A program made the translations under genes and the position numbers. This document shows, one piece after another, positions 27,556 through 37,789 of a stretch of 45,748 nucleotides of DNA. Within the stretch, counting starts at the first letter, position 1, and the number at the start of each line of letters is the position of its first letter. The notes under the pieces were generated by a model. It made no database searches. It was not told where the DNA came from and was given only the letters and a program-made list of their open reading frames with translations. The stretch covers positions 366,963 to 412,710 of the forward strand of contig NIVC01001098.1 in the NCBI GenBank assembly GCA_002269645.1, given 5' to 3'. Source of the stretch: Macrostomum lignano (lineage: Eukaryota).

Positions 27556-27760
27556 CGGTGGTTTACATGCGCTTTGCTTTGTGTTTGAAACGTTTTGCCA
27601 GTTTTTTAACTCTCCTTGCGTGTTTCGTATTCTTTATGGAGTTCGTCGAGTAATATTTCTCTGATATCTCAGCAATGGACGCATTTCAACAGAGCGTGTA
27701 AGTTCTTACGATACCAGCTTCTGATGACACGTTGACGATTTCAGATGTTATTTAAAAATA

Positions 27761-28163
27761 CGAGGGATGTCCGGAAAGTTCTGACACTTTTAATTCTAGA
27801 GCAAAAACAGTAGCAGCAGCCAAGTGGTTTCATTTTTGACGTTATTGGCACCATCATGAGTGTGCAATCGAAAGAAGGCCAAAGGCACAGAATGCTCAAG
27901 CGATGAGAAGTGTGTTGCTACAGGTGGAGCCTATGTTAAGAAGGCAGCCTTGAAGGTTGATGATGATGATGAATGATTATAATTACTTTGAGGAAAAAAC
28001 CGCTTTTTAATTTTTTTTAAAACAAACAAACATCGCTTTTACTGTAAGACTATCAGTGGCATTGTGATGGTTTTTCACACAAAACTTTTGAATGAAATGA
28101 CCAAAATAATCTGGTAGTTTTGCTCCGGGGTTTGAAGTGTCAGAACTTTCCGGACACCCCTCG
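27761..28163 (+). mobile_element. Internally deleted mariner derivative (403 bp)
   Basis: 27-bp TIRs CGAGGG(A/G)TGTCCGGAAAGTTCTGACAC with one mismatch; TA on both sides (27759-27760, 28164-28165); residual EKCVATGGAYVKK matching a mariner C-terminus. Confidence 0.9.
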
Positions 28164-28503
28164 TAGCAGTCTTTGAACCACCAGGTGCTTAGCTTACTAT
28201 TATTATAATCAGTTCCAAAGAATGATTGCAATTAGCTCTTTTGATGTTACAAGTTTTTAAAAATTCTTTTCGATATTCTCATCCTGTTTGTTTTGTTATA
28301 TTGAATTACTTAAACCAACACTTCGTTTTGTCAGAACTGTGGTACGCCACATCATTACAATTTTTGCGTTAGCTGGCATAACTTTCGTGCATTTTCTCAA
28401 GCAGAACTTTCAAAAGCTATTAAATAAATTATACGAATATTTTTGTATTTATTTGTGATTTGTAAATTCTAACATTGAAAATAAACGTTTTTTTCTTTTC
28501 TAG

Positions 28504-28892
28504 CTGATTTCCTTAAAAAAATTGATGACAATTCAGACTTAGAATATACAGCAAAACATATAGAGGCCTCCCCAATCGACAACCCAATCAGATGTTCGGC
28601 AGGTAAACGATGCTGTACTTTTTGTATAATCATTTGCTTAGCACAAGAAACCCGAAAGGTTCGCATTGTCGGAAAGTCTTGCTAATCACTTCCGCTAGCT
28701 TACACAACTTAAACGATTTCTATGATGGGAACTTTAGAGCTTGTAAAGTTTCGAGCTTATGCAGTTTAACTGTCTTCGACGATGTGAAGCTTGTGATTCC
28801 GAGCTTGTGAAAGCAACCCGTTGCTGTTGCTTCGTAGAGCATAAAGCTTTTTCCTAGGTTTGGATGAGAACACTGATTCACGGCTACCTTAG
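28504..28892 (+). CDS. Probable terminal exons (28504-28602, 28858-28892) of the coiled-coil gene
   Basis: Strong acceptors (TTTTTTCTTTTCTAG, TTTTCCTAG) and donor CAG|GTAAAC. Open phase-1 frames DFLKKIDDNSDLEYTAKHIEASPIDNPIRCSA-GLDENTDSRLP*. AATAAA at 28934-28939. Confidence 0.45.
28733..28818. mobile_element. Right-end fragment of the foldback MITE family
   Basis: TTTAGAGCTTGT subrepeats ending GCTTGTGAAAGCAACCC, compared with GCTTGTGAAAGCGACCC at 38962-38978. Confidence 0.6.
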
Positions 28893-29049
28893 CTAATGTC
28901 CCTTTTGTATAATATAACTACTGCATAGTTGTTAATAAACATGTAATCAATTATACGAGCGTAGTTACTACATCTTTGGTATCCACGCACTATGTCTCGG
29001 CGAGCAAGCACGCATATCGCGGCGACTGGCGGCGTGCCATATTCTGCAT

Positions 29050-30010
29050 GGTTGCGTTAACAGTAGAACTACCAAGAGGGGGGGAATTCCCCCCTGACAA
29101 TTTTTTGCTGCACCGGAACGGAGCATCGCAGGCAAACGAAATTGAAGAACACGGGCCAACTTTTTGTTGCGCACCTTCTCAAACAAGCATCAAGTCGCCA
29201 GCCCTCCGGACAGTCGAGATATTCGATGATTCTGCCAGAAGGTCGGATTTTTCCCATAAGCGCTAGTGTATTCAGTACACCCCTGTGCGCCAATCAGCAC
29301 TGCGCCTCAGTGCAGCCTTGTCCAAGTCTCCAAATTTCATCAGCACGTCAACCACGTGTCTGCTTCAGCTCTGACTTCGTTGGTCACTCTAGCCTTCACC
29401 CATGCGGAGCTTGTGGACCTTCAACAGGTGGCACAACAGGTGACCATGGACATGCTGTTGCCAATTTCTCTAGTTTCGCTGATCAAGCCTTCAGTGGCGA
29501 TCCATGTATAGTTCGCTCTAAGCTCTAAGGACTTCGTGCATCAATCAGCATTGTTTGTCTATGGCCCGTGCATCAATGCCGTGCAGCAATAGCACTATTG
29601 CACTGAAAACTTTTTACGTCCAGTTACAAAGGAATACATGTAATCCCTGAAATGATGTTGAATACCCAATTTCCTAAAAAAATAGCGATAGAGGCCTGCA
29701 CGAATGCACAGCAAGCTCGCTGGCGAGTAGAAACCTCCGTTGGCCTTCTTCAAGTCCCATAGAGAAGGCGTAACACATACGCCAGCGCAGAGCGTTCACA
29801 CGTCGCGATGACAAACTTGAATGGATCCATTCGCGTCGATGAAGTCATTCAGTCGCTTTACTGAGCTCCTCTCTTGATACTCGGAACTGGCAACGCAACA
29901 CTCTTTATCCAACTGTTCCAATGCAAACACTTGATCAACATCCTCGAGAGAAAGTGCTTCAGCAGCTTTCTTCAAGTTGAAATCATCCATGTACTACTTC
30001 TCGATCTCGG
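29050..30010 (-). mobile_element. Degenerate Crypton-like (tyrosine recombinase, DUF3504/KCTD1-type) relic
   Basis: Frameshifted translation gives ERSSVKRLNDFIDANG..TCERSALAYVLRLLYG/LKKANGGFYSPASLLCIRAGLYRYF..FNIISG. This resembles the N-terminal region of Crypton recombinases as I recall it. Catalytic residues were not recoverable. Confidence 0.45.
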
Positions 30011-30731
30011 CGCCAGTAAGTCCACTTCCATGTATCATTCCGCCAGGGAAAACGTTCTAATGAAGAAGCCGGGTTGTAGTCATTTACAGCTCGTCAGTCA
30101 ACTAAGAAGTCCTTTCTCCTTTCCTATATAGCACTGTTTCGTAGGACATAGTCTATGGTAGTCTGGTAAAAATGAAGCAGTACGAACCATTTAGTTCATA
30201 CCATAGATCACATAAGTATATACATACACTTTCTGACTATTAAATTTTAGCTGGCTTATGTGGGGGCTCCGCCCCCACACCCCGGAACGGCGCTGACCAT
30301 AGACATAGACAAACTACCATAGACAAAACACAAAATAAGAAAAACTTAAGGACGGCATTGATGCACGAACAGGAAAACAATGTAACTAAAGCACGGCTTG
30401 GTCGTGTAGCCACGCCCATAGACGTTATGAGCGTTGATACACTCCCAGCCGTGCTTTAGTGCCTCACTGCAGCTTGCAACGTTTTTACCATAGACAATTC
30501 AAAGGAGTCTTCAGTAAGGGGGCTTCGCGGAGCTGCAAAGTTGCGCCCCCAAATTTAAGGCAAACGAGAATCCATGGTTTCATTCATCCATGATGTTAAC
30601 CATTAGTGCGTAAATATTTGTATTAATCTGCTGAACAGATACAGAGATTTGGAGGCCTGGTGTTAACTTGACTGGTTAAGCTACTATATACACATGCACA
30701 TCAGTCATTTTGTACATAGCAGTTCAAATAA

Positions 30732-31161
30732 ATCAAAGCAGACAGCTAAACTTCCGCTACGGCAGTACAAAACATTTTCTGTTCTGCACACTCCGTGCAA
30801 ATTCCTGCATAGATAGAATTCAGTTTTTTAAGATTATGCGAGCTAAATGTTCTAGCTTTTCTCCTGAACCGCCAATCATCAAAAAACGTTTTTAAGCTTC
30901 TCTGTAAGTAAAGTCTAATCTAATTGAGGAAGCGGTTTGTGCGTCCGACGCTTGCCTTGGCTGATTGACAGCCGCATTTGTTGGCCCATGTGGGCCGAAA
31001 ACACGTCGTAGCTTCGTATATACGCCATGCACCAAATTTGCTTCGTTAGATGTTTTGCAGATATTCAGTGGAGCTAGTACATAGATGCTTTGTCTGGACT
31101 GAGCCCGCGGCTGGTCCTGGCAACGCTTCCAGACAAGTCTACTGGCGGTATCCCTTTGATC
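30732..31161 (+). promoter_or_regulatory. Candidate sFRP cis-regulatory module: TCF sites and a PBX-PREP/MEIS decamer
   Basis: ATCAAAG at 30732-30738, TGATTGACAG at 30962-30971 and CCTTTGATC at 31153-31161, all within 650 bp of the sFRP ATG. Confidence 0.45.
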
Positions 31162-31382
31162 TGCGGCGAGTGAAGGAGATAGAGTGTAGTACCGAAGGAA
31201 TTCTGGCGTTTTGACGAGGGAAAAAAGCCAACCAGCAGCGCTACCTAAGCTCCTCCAGAGGCTTGGGAAAAAGCACGTTATATTCTTTCTTCCTTTTTTT
31301 CTAGTCTGCTAAAGTATATATAAGCTGTCTGTTTGCTTATACGTTTATTCCAGAGGAGTGGACCAGAGCCAACTTCCCAGCC

Positions 31383-33331
31383 ATGCTGCTGACGTTGGTG
31401 CTAGCGCTGCTGGCGCAGCCGCTGTACTTGATCGCGATGCCGCCTGAGTGGAATTTGCCAAGCATGCCAACGTCATGGGCGCTACCGTTCGGGAGCAGTC
31501 ACCGCTGCGTGCCTATCCCAAGCACTATGCAGCTCTGCGACAAGATCGGCTATCGCGAGATGCGTTTGCCAAACATGCTTAATCACGACACGGTCAACGA
31601 GGTCATGGAGCAAACTAAGCACTGGGTTCCACTCGCTAATCTGGCCTGTCACAAGGAGATCAGGGTGCTCCTGTGCTCTATCTATGCTCCGGTGTGCATT
31701 CCGCAGCTTCTGGAACGCCAGATTAAACCGTGCCGCACACTGTGCGAGGCCGTAATGCGTCCGTGCGCCGCTGTGATGCAGAAATTTGGCTACGCCTGGC
31801 CAGAGATACTCAACTGCGAGCAGTTCCCACCGGAAACCGATCACATGTGCATTAAGGCTACGCAAAGAAGTAACAGCTATCGTTATGTATTAACATTTTA
31901 AAAGAATTTGTGCTTTTCTTTAGAAACTTTCTTCAAAATTTGCTTGAAATTGCAGCCGATTGTGACGCCTGCCCAAACAACGTCACGTACGAGTCTGTTA
32001 TTGGCAACTACTGTGTGAACAATGTTGGTAAGGCAGTTCGTTTCTGTGTGAGCAGTGCTGCTTAAACTTTTTAGAGCGCAATAGGGGGCTTCAGCAACAG
32101 GGGGCTTTAGCACCAGGGGCTTTAGCAACAGGGGCTTTGGCAACAGGGGCTTTAGCAGCAGGGGCTTTAGCAACAGGGGGCTTTCGCACCAGGGGGCTTT
32201 AGCAACAGGGGGCTTTAGCACCAGGGGCTTTAGCAACAGGGGGCTTTAGCAACAGGGGCTTTAGCAACAGGGGCTTTAGCAACAGGGGGCTTTCGCACCA
32301 GGGGGCTTTAGCAACAGGGGGCTTTAGCACCAGGGGCTTTAGCAACAGGGGCTTTAGCAACACGGGGCTTTAGCACCAGGGGCGCAAGCACCAGGGGTTC
32401 CAGCACCAGCGGCGCCAGCACCATGGGCGCCAGCACCAGGGGCGCCAGCACCAGGGGCGCTAGCATCGAGGTGTCACCTCAGGGGCGCCAACGCCAGGGA
32501 CGTCAAAGTACATGTAGTTTTTGGGAAAGTGCTAAAATTAGAAACAGTAGCGTGTTAAAAATGTTAAAAATGCTTTGCAGTTGCATTTCAGTCCAACGAA
32601 CACAAACTGCCCTGTCAGCATTTAAGGCCCGAGTTGACAGCATCACCAAGGAGTCGGGCGGCTTTCGTATTCGTCTGAAACGTCGCGTTCGCTTCTTCAA
32701 GTCAACCGGCGTGTCCAGACGGCAGAAGCGCAGCATTCGCAGCGTTTTCATTCAAGAAGACAGCAGCGGCTGCGCCTGCGGCACTTTGGAGGCAGCCAGG
32801 AACGATTCTAGCAAAAGATTTCTCATGATGGGTTCTGTATCGCCAGACGGCACCTCATTCTCCGTGACGTTCCTCGCCGAGTGGCAGCAGAGGGACAGGC
32901 GATTCAAGTGGGCCATACGAAAAATCCGCGGCAGTAGAAGGCGAAGTCGCGCAGGAGAAATCAGCGCGACTAGCGCCGGCTCTGCCGGTACCAACTCCAG
33001 CGAGTCGATCTGCACTTTAAGCCAGCTGAACGAGCCGATTCCAACATCGACGTCTCTTGGTAGAAGGGGCGGCAGGGGCAACCGAAGGAAGCGAAAGAAC
33101 CGCCGCAGAAAGAAGAATAATGATAGACGGAGGCGCAACCGCAAGACCAGTCGCAGCGATAGCACCGCCGCCGCTTCAGACAGAGCGCCTGCCCGCGACG
33201 GCGGGACATCCGCTGCTGCCGACAGGCCGGGTCGTCGAAGGCGACAGCGCCGAAATCGAGATAACGATTCTCGGGATCGACGCGGCTACGCTTACGATAA
33301 ATCTTACTACAAAAACTACCAGAAGTCTTGA
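31383..33331 (+). CDS. SFRP1/2/5: Secreted frizzled-related protein (sFRP1/2/5 type); exons 31383-31869, 31956-32027, 32619-33331 (423 aa)
   Basis: Signal peptide, 10-Cys Frizzled CRD (CVPIP..LCDKIGYREMRLPNML..CSIYAPVC..PCRTLCEAV..C..WPEILNC..C) and a netrin-like domain (CDAC..YC..CACG..C); no transmembrane region. Phase-1 introns; alternative donor 31881 and alternative acceptor 32592. Confidence 0.9.
32085..32470. repeat. 15/16-bp G-rich minisatellite (GGGGCTTTAGCAACA) in sFRP intron 2
   Basis: Directly visible; the 3' units drift to GGGGCGCCAGCACCA. Confidence 0.9.
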
Positions 33332-33814
33332 ATCAGCGTTGAACTAATAATCGCGTCTTTTTCAGCGGTAATCTGAATGAGCTTACCAACTCTGTAGTCT
33401 CTGTAGTTTAGGCCTGTCTCTCAGACTGCCCACAAAACTTGAGCTTATATACATATATTATTCAACCTCGAAGTCTTTTACTATTTATTTCATATTTACA
33501 GCACTTTTTCGTTCAGAATTGCAGTGCAGTAACGACTTGATACAGCAGAATACAGTTGAGTTAAAAAACAACAAAATTTGCTGTAACTATTTGTCTAAAT
33601 TTTTTCTTTATTGTTTTAGCTAAAGTATCATCAGTATAAAGTTTTATTCAGGCTTCATCCTGTTGCTAAGTAAAACAGTGGATGCAATTTTCTGTATTGC
33701 CTCTAATTATATAGGGACTTCATTAAGAGATTGACAAAATCTGTGAATTTCTCACAAAAATGATTTATTACTTACTGTCTACTGAAAATCCATAATCTTT
33801 GAAACTTCACAATA

Positions 33815-34029
33815 GCAATCCGGCCCGCTCAAGGCTTGTCTCTTCGGACCAGCTCTCTCTTCATCTCCCCTCTCCTCTCTCTCTCTCTCTTCCCCCCTCT
33901 CTCCTCTCTACTACTCTCTTCTCCTGCTTTCTCCCATATTTTCTCTCTTGTCTCTTCCCTCTCTGACCCGCAATCATGTGCTAGATTCTGTAATCTGGCC
34001 TTTAATTTGAAAAAGTTTGCCCATCCCTG
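33815..34029. mobile_element. hAT-type MITE right-end fragment with a CT-rich tract
   Basis: Ends AAAAGTTTGCCCATCCCTG (reverse complement CAGGGATGGGCAAAC) and carries a CCGGCCCGC motif. Left TIR not found. Confidence 0.45.
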
Positions 34030-34429
34030 ATTTTTAGACTGATAGCCTGCATGGTTCTAGTCAAGATTGCGGCCTCACACACCCAGTGGCAGTGAGAACT
34101 GTGCTAACTTTGATAAGAGATGACTGAGCCTGTGTGTGTGTGACTATTCTAACTTCAAGCTGGCAGCATTCAGAGGCTCGCGCTTGTGTCACTACAGGAC
34201 ACAACAGTTAATAAATGGGCGCTTAAATGTGTCCCCGCAGTCACTGTCACCGCTTCGCTGCAAAATTCGAGTGCTACTGTTGAAGCTTCTGAAAAACCGA
34301 TCCACATTGGTTACTAAGGAATTGAACTAAAAAACGATAGTTTCGAGGTTTAAATACCTCAGATTGTGCAATGCCATTTTTCCTAAAAAATCAGGCAGTA
34401 AAAGCATCAAACCTGGGGGAAGGAGCTCT

Positions 34430-34965
34430 TTTGCTATTTCCACTTAGACAGCCAAGCGACAATCCACGCCCTTGAACTCGCCATGCACATGCTTGCATAC
34501 CGGCACAGTCCTCGACTGCATTTTGCGACTTGAACTATGGATCCCTTCGTATCTCGGAGCACTCCGGAAACGAGCCAGCTAGGGATCGGTTCAACGGGTG
34601 TCGATTCTGCCTCTACAGTGATCAAGGATATATTAGATTTAGATCTCAAAGATCAAAGTACATGTACACGCAGGTCCAGCTCTGCGGCAGCTCAGTCGGC
34701 GCTGGATTGGTGCTGTCTTCAGCTCGGCTGTGTTCGTGTCAGGCTTTGAAGCTGAGGCAGGAGTTTATGAAGTTCTCGACGGAGGCCCTCATCATTGAGG
34801 GCCACCAGATCTTTGTCTGCAAGCTTGCCACCAATGCTTTCTGGACACCCAGGTAGCGGCAGCGCAGAGTGGCGGGACACAACGATTTGGTCCCCTTTGA
34901 GCAGGAGTCCCTCCTACGAGCTATGCTGTAGATGACTTCGAAGTGGAGGTCCTGCTGCCTGCACG
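34430..34965 (-). mobile_element. Degenerate Gypsy-type integrase fragment
   Basis: LLKGDQIVV/ATLRCRYLGVQKALVASLQTKIWWPSMMRASVENFINSCLSFKA*..ELPQSWTCVYM resembles the integrase zinc-binding region and the start of the core; contains stops and frameshifts. Confidence 0.6.
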
Positions 34966-35351
34966 TCTTAATATGGTAGATTGTATTTTATAAAATTTAC
35001 AGGTCTGTATCTGTTTTATGTAGCTACATGTATTTAATTGATCAACAAGTCCAACAACATGCAGCTGGTGGTTATAGATTTTCAATTTTTTCAGGATATT
35101 TTTATTTGAATATGAACAATTATCAGTTACATGTACTGAATATTTGATAGGCTTATGCACATTCAGAGCTGCTATCAAAACGCGGTTAGCGCTCTCAGAA
35201 AAAAATTCACCTAAATTTCACTTGTCCTGGTAGAAGGTGATGCAGTAAAACATTATTGAGTAAAACACTAATATTTTCAGCGCATTGGAATGTACATGTA
35301 GCTATACGGTACTTGGGTCAAAATTTGAGACTGATGGATGATAAATTCGGG

Positions 35352-37545
35352 TGATGTAACCACGCTCTGGTCGCGGGATAGGGCATGGGAACTTTTTCGA
35401 AAGTGCCTCCTATCCCGTGTACCCTCTGCACAGAGCTGTCGTGACTCGGCCAGGTCTCCGCCCAGGCCTGGAGACTCCCGCTCTGCTGCCCCCCCTCCTG
35501 CTGCCTTGGTTCCGTCTCCCTGCCGCCACACCTGCCTTTCCGGAACTCCCTGTCCCTCTCTGTACCCTCCCCTCTACCTTATCTCCCCTGCACTCCACCC
35601 TATTCTTCTTGTACTTTCCCTTTCCCCCTCTTTTTGTCTCTCTCTGCACTCTTTTCCTGCGCTGTCCCCTCCTTCTCTGTGTCTACTTACAGTATTTTGT
35701 GTGCTCACCGTCTCCCCATCCCCTCCCAAACTCCCAAACGGTGACGCAAGTCGTGTGACCTCTTCTTCCCCCGATGACTCATCGATGACTCATCTCCCTC
35801 TCTTGCGCAACCTTTTCTCATGCCATTGTTCTCCTCCCCAAATTTCTCATGCGACACCCACACCACCTCCGCTTCTATTGTTCTCGTTTTTGATTCTTTT
35901 GTTCTCTCGACCCCCACCAATTATCACCTTTTCTCCGATTTTCTCTTTATTTTGTTCTCGTTTTCGCACCTAATTATCACCTTTTCTCCAATGTTTACTT
36001 TTCCATTGTTCTCAGTTTTCCCCAATTATCCCCGATTTCCAATTCCTTTGTTCTCGACCCCAGCCCTATTGTTCTCAATGTTTGCTTGCGCAACACTTTC
36101 GCGACCACCCGCTGCGCCAATTATCCCCCACCCCACCTCCGGATTGCGCAATTTCCCTATTTCTCATGTTGCTATGCCGGTCTCATGCTTCTCATCATGA
36201 CTCATTCTGACGTCATTCTGCCGGCAGCCAATCAGAGAGAGGGAGCCATGGTGACGACCTTGAGGAGGCGGCTGTGAGGTCTATAAAAGGAAGCGATTTC
36301 GGCATGAGAATCCTCAACTTTTCGCCTCTTTGGGCTTGCCGTCAGACTGAGTTCTGACCCATTCGTCTATAAGACGAATCCCTGCCGGTCCGCGGTCTGT
36401 CACCGCCAAGTTATCCTTAGCTCCCCAAGTGAGCTCGCCTATCGGCCAGCGGTCTGATACCGCCCAGCATCATCAGCATCGCCTGATCTACATCAGCGCC
36501 TCGCCGCTCCAGCGCATCGCCGCTTCACTGTCTGCCTGACTGCAGCCTACAGCCACCCTCGGTCACTCCGCCTCTCTCTCTCTCTGTGCAGCTGCCGGTA
36601 AGTTCCTGTTACTAATTTGTGCTCTAATTGCCTTTGCTTATCCGGGGTTTGCCTATTTTCCATTGTCTGATTAGAGAGCTGAGCCAATTGTGATACCGTA
36701 TCTTTTGCTGTATTTTACTCAATAGTGAAGCCGCCTAATTGCCTGATTATTCGCCTAAGAGCCTAATTATTAACTATTAACTAACTTCATCATTATTCAA
36801 TCTTTCACCATCATTTAACTCATGGCTTGTTAAGCCTTTCTCCCGGGGTGGCAAAGCATAAGGGAGTTTGGGTAAGCTAATGGCCTCTCCCCGTGCAAAG
36901 CCCGCCTGTGAGTGCGTGCTGCGGGGCCGCGTGTGCGTGCAGTAGAGGGATTAGCGAGTCTTGGCACAGAATGGCAGTAGGAAGGTTGCAACCCCATGCT
37001 AACGCGTCCCTTCGCCCTGAGCAATCTAAACTGGAGACAGTACATGTTCGCCTCATACTACTCTTAGTAATCAAAGTCGCAAGTCAGCCTCGCTCACAGC
37101 CACAAAGGATCCCCTGCTGAGAAATCCTCCAGGATTGAGCCCAGAGTTCCCGATCATGCCCCAAGCAGAGTCCCTGTACTCGGCTGCATGCGTCTCCCCT
37201 GTTAGCCTAAATCCCCTGGTAACCAATCCAGGCGGGGCTCTAGCCTCGAGAGGTCTGGTAGAAAGATCCAGGTGCGCCAGGTCACATAGAGTGGTGGCAG
37301 CCACTCGGTCATACCATGACCGAGTGACCAACTATTGCACCTTGGCTACAGGTGGGGTCCATGTGGGTCCTTGGCCCTCTGGTCACGAAGCGCTACCAAA
37401 AGCTACTAATCATGTGGGCGGGACAGTCTGGTGCTGGAGGTCCGTCAGGTCGTTGCCCGGTCATAGGCAGCCTACGGTCATTGCCCCCTCTAGTCATGCG
37501 TTCGTCTCTCTACGGAGCGGACAGGCGACAAGGGCGGTTACATCA
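35352..37545 (+). mobile_element. Solo-LTR-like non-coding element, copy 2 (2194 bp)
   Basis: TGATGTAACC at 35352-35361 and GGTTACATCA at 37536-37545. TSD CGGG at 35348-35351 and 37546-37549. Reverse complement of 3103-5318 with scattered substitutions and indels. Confidence 0.85.
36198..36288 (+). promoter_or_regulatory. Pol II promoter motifs inside the LTR-like element
   Basis: TGACTCA (AP-1) 36198-36204, TGACGTCA (CRE) 36208-36215, CCAAT 36228-36232 and TATAAAA 36282-36288 in canonical order. Mirrored in copy 1 at about 4381-4471 on minus. Confidence 0.6.
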
Positions 37546-37789
37546 CGGGGTTTTTTTAGAAAGTTCAAAAAAGTATCCGAAACAGCACAGACTAGAGCCA
37601 AAAGGGATATCGACCAAGTCGGCCAAAATTTTTTGCCCATGCGAATGTTCTTCACGCCAAAAATTTAAAATGACGAATAATTAAGGAAAATTTTAGCATC
37701 ACCATAAAGTTAGTTAAGTTTCTTTAAGTTTCTAACGATCGAGAAGATCGAGAACAGCTCGAAACCCGAGCTGTCCATTGAGTCATTAG

